From: Phycisphaerales bacterium
GTDB taxonomy: Bacteria > Planctomycetota > Phycisphaerae > Phycisphaerales > UBA1924
DNA length: 64,000 bases
NCBI GenBank assembly: GCA_965227775.1
Contig: OZ245777.1
Location: 352,001 to 416,000, forward strand
Reading direction: 5' to 3'
Shown here piece after piece: positions 31,669-40,417 of this stretch (within the stretch, counting starts at the first letter, position 1; every line of letters starts with the position of its first letter). The position numbers and the translations under genes were made by a program. Under the pieces are notes generated by a model that saw only the letters and a program-made list of their open reading frames with translations, did no database searches and was not told the DNA's origin.

Positions 31669-31750
31669 CCGCGTAAGCGGATTTTTCTGATATTGAAACC
31701 TCTGCAACGGCCTCTGGCTCAGATCACCCCTCAAGACAAATTAGCGGTAT

Positions 31751-34700
31751 CTATGTTGAAGGGGTCGTGGGTCCATCGCCGCTCTTGTCCGGCGGTAACC
31801 GGGGGGGCCCTGCTCGCATCAGCCGGTAGTTCTGCTTCTGGGCTCGGGTCAAGAATGCGACGAGTTGATCCTTGGAAACCAGACCAAGGACACTTAGGAG
31901 AATCACCGCGATCACAAGGAACACCGCGATAGCTACCGACGCGACTGCAAATCCCATCCAGAATCCGACATTTGTAAACACCACCAGCACCGTGGCAACG
32001 ATGACGACAAACATGACAAGCAGCACGCCTGCGACAATGACCGCGCTCCGCATGTTCGTTGTACTCGGCACCGGGTCGCCCTTGGGAACATCCCAAGCCT
32101 TTGCCACGAACCGCCGATCACCCGGCACCAGCCCGAGCAGATCACCTACCCGGTATGACGCTCGCGTGTCTTCCGGCCGGAACATGTGATCAGATCCATA
32201 ATCTTCGACCAACCCTATCAGATACTCGTAAGACACAGATACTGACGGGTTGTCCGGCAGCGGGATGCGGGCCCTTGCGCCGATGTCGCCCTGGATTTCG
32301 TGCACGCTTTGCAAGTCGTCGCGTACGAGCCGCATCGCGTCTATCCGCTTGGCCTCGGGCCCGCGCACCCGGATGTCGATCACCGACTTGCCCGGCGTGG
32401 CCTCGACCAGCGCCTCGCAGCCATCGGCTGCCAGCAGCACCCCAAACCGCCACATCACCTGCGGTTCCGTCAGGCGGCGGTGGGCCCGCACGATGAGCCG
32501 GGGGATGAGCCCGGCCGGCAGATGGTCGTACGTGTAGCGAAGCCGCAGCACGTCCTCGCCCCAGTCGCCGGTGTATTGCCGCGATGCGGGCAGCGCTTCG
32601 GCAATCAAGTATCGCTCGCCGGCCTGGGAACCGCCACCGGCCATCTGGTAGCACAGCTCCAACTCTGCGCTCTTCATCATGTCCAGGATGAACTCGTACC
32701 ACTGCTTGGCATACAGCGATGTGTCGAGGATGTCCGGAAGGTGAGCCCGATCGAGCACACCGTTACGTTCGCGGACGCCATCGTCGTTGAGAATCAGATA
32801 GATGGCCCCGGTGAGCCAATTGGGGTCAAGCAGGTGTACCTCGCGGGCGCTTGCCCGCGAGGGCTTGTGCTCGCCGTGGGCGACAACGACGCCAAGATCG
32901 TCCAACAGTTGCAAGAGGGCGCGTTGCTCGGGGCCGTCCACTACGCGATCGTTTTCGTCCGCCGCCTCCATGCAAAGCCGCGTGAAGTCGCCGCGGTCAA
33001 GCACCTTGCGATTACCGGCAAGCGTTGCAAGTTCCTCTTTCACTCGTTTCCACGCCGGGACCAGCGGCTCGCGCACGTGCGGCAGACCCGCCGTGGTGCG
33101 CACGATCAGCTCACGCAGGCTCGCGATGCTCTCCTTCGATCGATCATCGTCATCGCAAGACGTACGGACGAACCCAGCGATGGATGGGAAGTCGATCAGC
33201 AGCGAGTCCTCATCGATCGCCAGGTCCTGGCGGGGCTCATCCATGTGCTTGTTGATGACCACGATGATGGGCGAGTCGCCACCGCGGCTCTGAATCGTTT
33301 GCAACCACCACCGGACGCGACCGTGGATGTTCTCCTGGTCTTCCCGTCGGGCCTCGAGCACGAGGAGGTACACGCTGCGTGCGGTCAGGAAGAACTGGTG
33401 GGTGCCATGCATGATCTCCTGACCCCCAAAGTCCCAAATGTTGAGCCTGAGACCGTCCGAGCCGGTGTCCCATTTCTCGGTTTTGATGCGCTCGTGGATG
33501 GCTGTTGCTCGGGTCTTGATGTGGCTTGGATTGCGGGGCTGACCCTTGACGAGGAAATTTACCAGGGAGGTCTTGCCTACAGCCTCGTCGCCTAGCACCA
33601 GTACCTTTGCCTCATTCAGCGGCTCCAACTCGGAGGCCTGGAATCCACGTACTCGCCGCCAAGACGAGAGCAGCGCCTGAGCATCGGAACCATCCAGCAA
33701 TTCTGAAACTATCGGAAGACCCTCAGGATCGTTCCCGCTCAGGTCGAGCCTAGCGATGAGCGCTGAATCCACTCGCTCAACCAATTGATCGAGCAGGTAC
33801 CGCAAGCCCACTTGGCCGATCTTGTTGCGGCTCAGGTGGAGCGATGTCAGGCCCGTCAGGTGCTCGGCGATCGCGCGGGCGCCATCGTCGCCGATTGAGT
33901 TGCTGCCGAGTTCCAGCGATGTCAGGCCCGTCAGGTGCTCGGCGATCGCGCGGGCGCCACCGACGCCGATCGAGCTGTTGCTGAGTTCGAGCGAAGTCAG
34001 GCCCGCCAGATGTTTGGCGATCGCGCGGGCGCCATCAACGCCAATCGAGTTGCTGCTCAAGTTCAGCGATGTCAGGCCCGTCAGGTGCTCGGCGATCGCG
34101 CGGGCGCCATCGACGCCGATCGAGTTGTTGCCAAGGTCGAGCGATGTCACGCCCGCCAGGTACTCGGCGATCGCGCGAGCACCATCGTCGCCAATTGAGT
34201 TGCTGCTGAGTTCCAGCGATGTCAGGCCCGTCAGGTGCTCGGCGATCGCGCGAGCGCCATCGACACCGATCAAATTGTTGCCAAGGTCGAGCGATGTCAC
34301 GCCCGTCAGGTGCTCGGCGATCGCGCGAGCGCCATCGTCGCCGATCGAGTTGCTCCACAAGTTGATCGATGTCAGGCCCGTCAGGTACTCGGCGATCGTG
34401 CGGGCACCATCGTTGCCGATCGAGTTGTTGTTCAGATTGAGCCATGACAGGCCCGTCAGGTGCTCGGCGATCGCATAGGCGCCATCGACGCCGATCGAGT
34501 TGAAGCCAAGGTCGAGCGATGTCAGGCCTGCTAGGTGCTCGGCGATCGCACGGGCGCCATCAGCGCCAATCGAGTTGCTGTTTAGGTTTAGCGATCTCAG
34601 GCCCGTCAGGTGCTCGGCGATCGTGCGGGCACCATCGTTGCCGATCGTGTTGAAGCCGAGGTCGAGCGATTTCAGGCCCGTCAGGTGCTCGGCGATCGCA

Positions 34701-35326
34701 CGAGTGCCATCGACGCCGATCGTGTTGAAGCCAAGTTCGAGCGATGTCAGGCCCGTCAGGTGCTCGGCGATCGCGCGGGTGCCATCGTCGCCGATTGCGT
34801 TGAACGCAAGGTTGAGCGATGTCAGGCCCGCCAGGTGCTCGGCGATCGCGCGAGTGCCATCGACGCCGATCGTGTTGAAGCCAAGTTCGAGCGATGTCAG
34901 GCCCGTCAGGTGCTCGGCGATCGCGCGGGCGCCATCGTCGCCGATTGAGTTACTGCTCAGGTTGAGCGATGTCAGGCCCGTCAGGTGCTCGGCGATCGCG
35001 CGAGCGCCATCGTCGCCGATTGAGTTACTGCTCAGGTTGAGCGATGTCAGGCCCGTCAGGTGCTCGGCGATCGCGCGGGCGCCATCATTCCCGATCGAGT
35101 TGATGCTCAAGTTTAGCGATGTCAGGCCATGGATGATCCTGAGTTCCGCCAGATCCTGCGGCCACCGGGGGAGGGTGGCGAGCCGCACGACCCGATTGGC
35201 GGGCCAGTCCTGGTACTTGACGAGCCATTGTGCGTACCGGTCCTGCACCGTGACGGCCAACCGCGTCCAACCCTCCCGGGCAGCCTGCTCGACAACGTCG
35301 CGGAACCTGCGCGGCTCGAAGTACAT
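31751..35326 (-). CDS. Roco protein: 18 LRRs + Roc GTPase + COR + two C-terminal TM helices
   Basis: 25-aa LRRs; P-loop GDEAVGKT, G3 WDFGGQE, G4-like NKHMD; COR motifs (LLDPNWLT, LPAGLIPRLIVR, WRFGVLL); start MYFEPRR preceded by a TATGTT -10 box 6 nt upstream. Confidence 0.92.
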   Translation of the reverse strand: MYFEPRRFRDVVEQAAREGWTRLAVTVQDRYAQWLVKYQDWPANRVVRLATLPRWPQDLAELRIIHGLTSLNLSINSIGNDGARAIAEHLTGLTSLNLSSNSIGDDGARAIAEHLTGLTSLNLSSNSIGDDGARAIAEHLTGLTSLELGFNTIGVDGTRAIAEHLAGLTSLNLAFNAIGDDGTRAIAEHLTGLTSLELGFNTIGVDGTRAIAEHLTGLKSLDLGFNTIGNDGARTIAEHLTGLRSLNLNSNSIGADGARAIAEHLAGLTSLDLGFNSIGVDGAYAIAEHLTGLSWLNLNNNSIGNDGARTIAEYLTGLTSINLWSNSIGDDGARAIAEHLTGVTSLDLGNNLIGVDGARAIAEHLTGLTSLELSSNSIGDDGARAIAEYLAGVTSLDLGNNSIGVDGARAIAEHLTGLTSLNLSSNSIGVDGARAIAKHLAGLTSLELSNSSIGVGGARAIAEHLTGLTSLELGSNSIGDDGARAIAEHLTGLTSLHLSRNKIGQVGLRYLLDQLVERVDSALIARLDLSGNDPEGLPIVSELLDGSDAQALLSSWRRVRGFQASELEPLNEAKVLVLGDEAVGKTSLVNFLVKGQPRNPSHIKTRATAIHERIKTEKWDTGSDGLRLNIWDFGGQEIMHGTHQFFLTARSVYLLVLEARREDQENIHGRVRWWLQTIQSRGGDSPIIVVINKHMDEPRQDLAIDEDSLLIDFPSIAGFVRTSCDDDDRSKESIASLRELIVRTTAGLPHVREPLVPAWKRVKEELATLAGNRKVLDRGDFTRLCMEAADENDRVVDGPEQRALLQLLDDLGVVVAHGEHKPSRASAREVHLLDPNWLTGAIYLILNDDGVRERNGVLDRAHLPDILDTSLYAKQWYEFILDMMKSAELELCYQMAGGGSQAGERYLIAEALPASRQYTGDWGEDVLRLRYTYDHLPAGLIPRLIVRAHRRLTEPQVMWRFGVLLAADGCEALVEATPGKSVIDIRVRGPEAKRIDAMRLVRDDLQSVHEIQGDIGARARIPLPDNPSVSVSYEYLIGLVEDYGSDHMFRPEDTRASYRVGDLLGLVPGDRRFVAKAWDVPKGDPVPSTTNMRSAVIVAGVLLVMFVVIVATVLVVFTNVGFWMGFAVASVAIAVFLVIAVILLSVLGLVSKDQLVAFLTRAQKQNYRLMRAGPPRLPPDKSGDGPTTPST
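33800..35130 (-). repeat. Tandem 75-bp coding repeat array (17 full units and 1 degenerate LRR unit)
   Basis: Recurrent GATGTCAGGCCCGTCAGGTGCTCGGCGATCGCGCG every 75 bp; encodes LTGLTSLxLxxNxIGxDGARAIAEH. Confidence 0.95.
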
Positions 35327-35770
35327 GAATCGAACATAGCCCACGACGACCCACGACGCAGGGATTGCGGTCGGTGAGCGCCCGCGACGGGCGGGCGCAC
35401 GCGCGCAACACCCCACAATCAGGGGGTAAAGGCCCCACTGCCGCGTGCGGGGCCCGGCCGCGGGCGTGCGATCGGTCGCATCGCCCGAGCGCTGGGCCAA
35501 CGAGGCCCAGTGGCGGCGCGTGACACGCATTTCATGCCCCGCCGAAGGCGTGCGATGGACCATCGCATCGGTGCGAAGAACTCGATAATCGCCGCGGCGG
35601 GCCCCGCGAACGCCCCTGGCACGCCGCCACGGCGGATGCGCAGCCGCGATGGTCCTGATATATCTCGCCGCGCTCCACAGGTATCCGGACGTTCGCAAGC
35701 AACGGCGCATTCGCGCAGCACGCAGCCATGCGCAAGAACTGCCGGGGACGCGGCCCGGGCCAAGACCGAC

Positions 35771-35798
35771 CAAAGTCGGCCGGATGAAGGACCGATAC
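35771..35798 (+). promoter_or_regulatory. Sigma-28-like promoter, leaderless, of the HTH-HNH-AP2 gene
   Basis: CAAAGTC-N13-ACCGATAC, 7 nt before the ATG at 35806; no SD sequence. Confidence 0.6.
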
Positions 35799-35805
35799 CC
35801 ACGGC

Positions 35806-38418
35806 ATGACCGAGGACCACGCCGATCGCTTCGCCACCCCCATCAACAGCGCCCCCACCGCCGCCAAGCCGGCGACGGACGCCCAGCCGGCCACGGACAA
35901 CCGGGCAACCTACACGCTGAAGGAAGCGTGCGCCCTGGTCGGCCTCACGCGTGACGCGTGGCGGAATTGGCAGAAGCGCGGGCTGCTGCCCGAGGGCACG
36001 ATCGGCACCGGCCGCGAGCACGACCGCCGGGTCCAGCTCTTCACGCGGGCCGAGGTCGACGCCGCCCGCGCGGCGGTTGAAAGCAGCGGGCTGGCGACAC
36101 CCGAGCACACGATTTACTACGACGAGGTCGTCGAGATGCTGGGAATCTCCAAGTCGCGCATGTACGAGATGATCAAGAGCGGACGCTTCCCCCCCGGACG
36201 CTGGGCCGCGCCCGCCGAGGGCAACGGCCGCGGCAACCGCCGCAAGATGTTCACGCCCGCCGAGGTCGATGAGGCGCGCGCGGCGCTGGACGCGTTCATG
36301 AGCCAGGGCCCGCAGATCGACGGGCGGCCGGCCATCACGCTCAAGGACGCGGCCGCGCGCCTCGGCCTCTCGCGGGCCCAGTGGTACGCGTGGCAGAAGA
36401 AGGGCTGGGCGCCCAAGGGCACGCCCGTGTCGCGGCCGGGCGCCAACGGCAAGACCCAGATGTACACCGTCGCGCAGATCGACGAACTGGAGTCGTCGCT
36501 CGAGCGCGGCGAGCACCCGGGCGCCGGCCAGTTCGCCACGCCGCGGCACACGATCACCAAGGAAGAGGCCGCGCAGCAGGCCGGCATCGGCAGCCACGCG
36601 TGGCACGAGTTAACCAGCCGCGGGCTGCTGCCCGAGGGACGGTGGACGCCCAACCCCAAGGGCTCGGGAAAGGGCGGCCTGCGCAAGCTGTACACGCCCG
36701 AGGATGTCGCGGCGATCAAGACCGCCATGGCGCAACTGGAAGCCGAGCGGCGACCGACCATCGACGGCAAGCCCGCCCTGACCGTGCTCGAGGCGGCCGC
36801 CATCATCAACATCTCGCGCCCGCTGTGGTACCTGTGGGACCGCAAGGGCTGGCTGCCCAGGGCCCACAGGGTTGCTCGCAACGCGAGCGGAAAGAGCGTC
36901 AATCTCTACACGCTCGAGCAGATCGAGGAACTCAAGGCCTCGATCGACCGCGGCGAGCACCCGGGCGCACAGGGACGAGGCACGGCCGAGCACACCGTGA
37001 CCCGCAAGGAGGCGGCCGAGCAACTGGGCATCACAGCGGCCCGATGGTCGCGCTGGGAGAAGGACGGGCTGGTGCCCCCCGGCAAGCTGCCGCCGCTCTC
37101 ACCCACGCTGGGCATCAATGGCACGATGCGCCTGTGGACGCCCGCCGAGGTCGAAGCGGTGCGCGTCAAGGCGACCGACATGGGCATCCTCGAGCCCGCC
37201 GCCACAGCCGAGCACACGCTCACCCGCAAGGAGGCGGCCGAGTTGGCAGGAATCTCGGAGGCCACGTGGAGCCATTGGTGCCGCCGCGGCGTGATCCCCA
37301 CCGGGCGCTGGCGGACGAACCCGGAGGGCTCGGGTCACGGCGGGCTGCGTCGGATGCACTCGCCAGAGGAGGTCCGCCGGGCGCGTGCCGCGCTCGACGA
37401 GATCGGCTTCGGCCGCGGCCCCAACGCGACCGAGGCCCACACGCTCACGCAGCGTGAGGCCGCCCGCATGCTGGGCGTCGAGGCGACGGCGCTGCAGGGC
37501 TGGGAGAAGCGCGGCATCATGCCCATGGGCGCATGGGGCCACGCGAAGAAGGGATCGGGGCTCCGCAAGCTGTACACGCCAGCGCAGGTCGAAGAGGCCC
37601 GCGAGGCGCTCAAGGCACACGGCATCCGCTGCTTCTCCCGCGCGACAGATGAGCATACCTACACGCGCCAGCAGGCGGCGCGGTTCATCGACGTACCGTT
37701 CTCGACCTGGTCGCACTGGGAGCACCAGGGCCGCACGCCGGTGGGCGCCTGGGGGCGACAGACCAAGGGCAGCGGCCGGTGCAAGATGTTCACCCACGCC
37801 GAACTCGCGGCGTTCGCCGACGAGCTCGAGAAGCTGCACCAGCCCTACGCCGACCTCGATCGACCGGGCGTGCACCGCGTGCCCATCCGCACCGGCAAGG
37901 GACGGATGGAGGCGCTCATTGACTCCATCGACTTACACCTCGTCGAGGGCAAGCACTGGAACTACTCGGAGAAGACCGACGAGTACGGGACCCACGGCGT
38001 CGTCGTGCTCTCGACGGCCAAGGGGCGAATGAAGCCGATGAAGCAATACATCACCGGCGTGAGCGGGCATCGCTGGCGCATCCGCCACGCCAACGGCGAC
38101 TTCCTGGATTGCCGGCGCGAGAACCTCGTCGTGCTGGACATCGCCCAGCAGGCCCGCGGCAACAAGAAGATCAAGATGCGGGCCGGATACGAGACGACAT
38201 CGAAGTACAAGGGCGTCTGCTGGGACGACCGGCGCGGCAAGTGGCTCGCCCAGATCAACAAAGACGGGAAGCACCACCACCTGGGACGATTCAACGACGA
38301 AATCGACGCCGCCGACGCCTACGACAACGCCGCGCGCGAGCTCTTCGGCGAGCACGCCTACCTGAACTTCGACGGCATCGTCGATCGTACCGAAGAAGAG
38401 CCCAGGTCGGCCGCGTAG
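35806..38418 (+). CDS. Protein with nine tandem MerR/excisionase-type HTH domains, a degenerate HNH and an AP2 DNA-binding domain
   Basis: Nine roughly 70-aa repeats 'T..EAA..LG.S..W..W.K.G..P.G......R.YT..EV'; IRHANGDFLDCRRENL; SKYKGVCW...KWLAQI...HLGRF.DEIDAADAYD.AARELFGEHAYLNF. Confidence 0.88.
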   Translation: MTEDHADRFATPINSAPTAAKPATDAQPATDNRATYTLKEACALVGLTRDAWRNWQKRGLLPEGTIGTGREHDRRVQLFTRAEVDAARAAVESSGLATPEHTIYYDEVVEMLGISKSRMYEMIKSGRFPPGRWAAPAEGNGRGNRRKMFTPAEVDEARAALDAFMSQGPQIDGRPAITLKDAAARLGLSRAQWYAWQKKGWAPKGTPVSRPGANGKTQMYTVAQIDELESSLERGEHPGAGQFATPRHTITKEEAAQQAGIGSHAWHELTSRGLLPEGRWTPNPKGSGKGGLRKLYTPEDVAAIKTAMAQLEAERRPTIDGKPALTVLEAAAIINISRPLWYLWDRKGWLPRAHRVARNASGKSVNLYTLEQIEELKASIDRGEHPGAQGRGTAEHTVTRKEAAEQLGITAARWSRWEKDGLVPPGKLPPLSPTLGINGTMRLWTPAEVEAVRVKATDMGILEPAATAEHTLTRKEAAELAGISEATWSHWCRRGVIPTGRWRTNPEGSGHGGLRRMHSPEEVRRARAALDEIGFGRGPNATEAHTLTQREAARMLGVEATALQGWEKRGIMPMGAWGHAKKGSGLRKLYTPAQVEEAREALKAHGIRCFSRATDEHTYTRQQAARFIDVPFSTWSHWEHQGRTPVGAWGRQTKGSGRCKMFTHAELAAFADELEKLHQPYADLDRPGVHRVPIRTGKGRMEALIDSIDLHLVEGKHWNYSEKTDEYGTHGVVVLSTAKGRMKPMKQYITGVSGHRWRIRHANGDFLDCRRENLVVLDIAQQARGNKKIKMRAGYETTSKYKGVCWDDRRGKWLAQINKDGKHHHLGRFNDEIDAADAYDNAARELFGEHAYLNFDGIVDRTEEEPRSAA

Positions 38419-38515
38419 CCCCTCGATGCCACGATCGCCCCGACGGCGGTGAGCCCGCACCCCACACACACGCCGGGCGCAGCCCGCGCAGGGCCCCGCT
38501 GGCGAAGCGAAGAGA

Positions 38516-40381
38516 TCACCTCCGCCCGAACATCTTCTCAAGGTCCCGCATCGTCAACCGCACCGACGTCGGCCGCCCGTGCGGGCAGCTCGCGCTGCGT
38601 TCGACCTTCTCGCGGAGTTCGAGCAGGGCGCTGAGCTCCTGATCGCTCAGCGCGTCGCCGGCCTTGACGGCCGCCTTGCAGGCCATCATGTCCAGGACCT
38701 TGCGCAGCGCGTCCTCCTGGTCCTTGGGCAGGTCGTCCTTCTCCAGCAAGTCGCCAATGAACTCGGCCGGGTCGACGCCGCGGCTGAAGAGCAGGCTGGG
38801 GAAGGCGTGCACGGCGACGCGCGTTGGGCCGGCGGCGGTGGCGTCGATGCCGAGCGTGTTCAGGATCGGCGCAAGAGCGTCGAGCTTCTCGGGGGCATCG
38901 GCGACGCCCACGATCGCGGGCGTCAATAGGCGCTGGCTTTCTAAGTTCCCGTGGCTGGCGACCCGGCTGCGCAGGGCCTCGAACATGACGCGCTCGTGCA
39001 GCGCGTGCTGGTCGATGATGACCACGCCGTCGTCGTCGTGGGCGACGAGGTAGCTGTCGCGGATCTGCATGGCCCGGCGCATCCACGGGCCGTCGGGGGC
39101 GCGGTCGATGGGCGCTGGATCAATGGACGGGCCCGCGCTCGCGTCCTTTGGTTCGACCTGTGCTTCCGGCTGGGGCTGCGGCTCGACGCGGCTGAGCACC
39201 GCGTGCACCTCGGCGTCGGTCAACCGATCGGCACGCTCACGCGCATCGCCAGTGAGATCGGACGCCCGCGTGCCGGCAAAGATCGCGCCGTCGGCGGGCA
39301 CGAACGGCTGCCAAGGACGTGCCGAGCCCGGACTCACTTCCGTGAACGACGCCGTCAGGTCTTCGCCCGCCAGCGCCTCGCGCACCGAGCCGTGCACGAC
39401 GGCATGGATGGCCGACGAATCGCGGAAGCGGACCTCGGCCTTGGCCGGGTGCACGTTCACGTCGACCATCGACGGATCGACGTCGATCAGCAGCACGGCC
39501 ACCGGATGCTTGCCCGGCTCGATCAGCCCGCGGTAGGCCTCCCTCAACCCGTGGGCGATCGTGCCGTCGCGCACGACCCGTCCATTCAGCACGATCCACT
39601 GGCCCTTGGCGTTGCCGCGCGCCGCGTGCGGACGGCCGACGAGGCCCCAGAGGTTGACGTTGTACGTCTCGGCCGCGACGCCCTTCGCCTCGATCATCGC
39701 GCCGGCGAGGTCTTCGCCGAGGATCGCGCGCACGCGGTCGGGGGCGCTCTGGTCGGCGGGCAGGTCGAGCGTCGTGTGGCCATCGCACACCAGCGTGAAG
39801 CCGATCGCGGGGCGCGCCAGCGCAAGGCCCTTGACGGCCTCGACGCAGCGCTGCTTCTCGGTCTGGGCTGTGCGTAGGAACTTGCGGCGCGCGGGCGTAT
39901 TGAAGAACAGGTTGCGCACCTCGATGACCGTGCCCGGGGCGCCGCTGGCGGGGCTGGGGCCCTGCACGTCCTTGCCCTCGACACGCAGTTCGCTGGCTTC
40001 GCTCGCGCCACGCGTGCGCGAGCGGATGCGTAGCCGGCTGACGCTCGCGATGCTCGCCAGCGCCTCGCCGCGGAAGCCCATCGTGGCAACCGCGTCGAGA
40101 TCGTCAGGCGACGTGATCTTGCTCGTCGCGTGCGGCGCGACGGCCATGGGCAGCTGGTCGGGCAGCATGCCGCAGCCGTCGTCGGCGACACGAACCAGCT
40201 CGATGCCGCCGGCTTCCAGCTCAACGCGCACCTTGGCGGCGCCCGCGTCCAAGGCATTCTCGACGAGTTCCTTGACGACCGAGGCCGGCCGCTCGACGAC
40301 CTCGCCGGCGGCGATCTGGTTGACGACGAGCGCGTCGAGCGCACGGATGATCGGGAGGGCTTGCGGCGCAGAAACGGGCAT
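38516..40381 (-). CDS. mutL: DNA mismatch repair protein MutL
   Basis: NQIAAGEVVERPASVVKELVENALDAG, GFRGEALASI, DVNVHPAK, DQHALHER, ACK, CPHGRP. Confidence 0.98.
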   Translation of the reverse strand: MPVSAPQALPIIRALDALVVNQIAAGEVVERPASVVKELVENALDAGAAKVRVELEAGGIELVRVADDGCGMLPDQLPMAVAPHATSKITSPDDLDAVATMGFRGEALASIASVSRLRIRSRTRGASEASELRVEGKDVQGPSPASGAPGTVIEVRNLFFNTPARRKFLRTAQTEKQRCVEAVKGLALARPAIGFTLVCDGHTTLDLPADQSAPDRVRAILGEDLAGAMIEAKGVAAETYNVNLWGLVGRPHAARGNAKGQWIVLNGRVVRDGTIAHGLREAYRGLIEPGKHPVAVLLIDVDPSMVDVNVHPAKAEVRFRDSSAIHAVVHGSVREALAGEDLTASFTEVSPGSARPWQPFVPADGAIFAGTRASDLTGDARERADRLTDAEVHAVLSRVEPQPQPEAQVEPKDASAGPSIDPAPIDRAPDGPWMRRAMQIRDSYLVAHDDDGVVIIDQHALHERVMFEALRSRVASHGNLESQRLLTPAIVGVADAPEKLDALAPILNTLGIDATAAGPTRVAVHAFPSLLFSRGVDPAEFIGDLLEKDDLPKDQEDALRKVLDMMACKAAVKAGDALSDQELSALLELREKVERSASCPHGRPTSVRLTMRDLEKMFGRR

Positions 40382-40417
40382 CTGAGCGATCGTAGGGACG
40401 AGCGGGACCTACGCTGC

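Noticed and set aside
33800..35130. 75-bp repeat array as a CRISPR array
   Set aside because: Units are in-frame coding LRRs, the variable parts are homologous to each other rather than unique spacers, and no cas genes are present
35327..35773. N-terminal extension of the 1340-aa Roco ORF
   Set aside because: Arg/Ala-rich sequence that does not look like a protein; the -10 box supports a start at 35326
31751..38418. Diversity-generating retroelement or prophage behind the repeat variation
   Set aside because: No reverse transcriptase, template/variable repeat pair, integrase or phage structural gene is seen in the window
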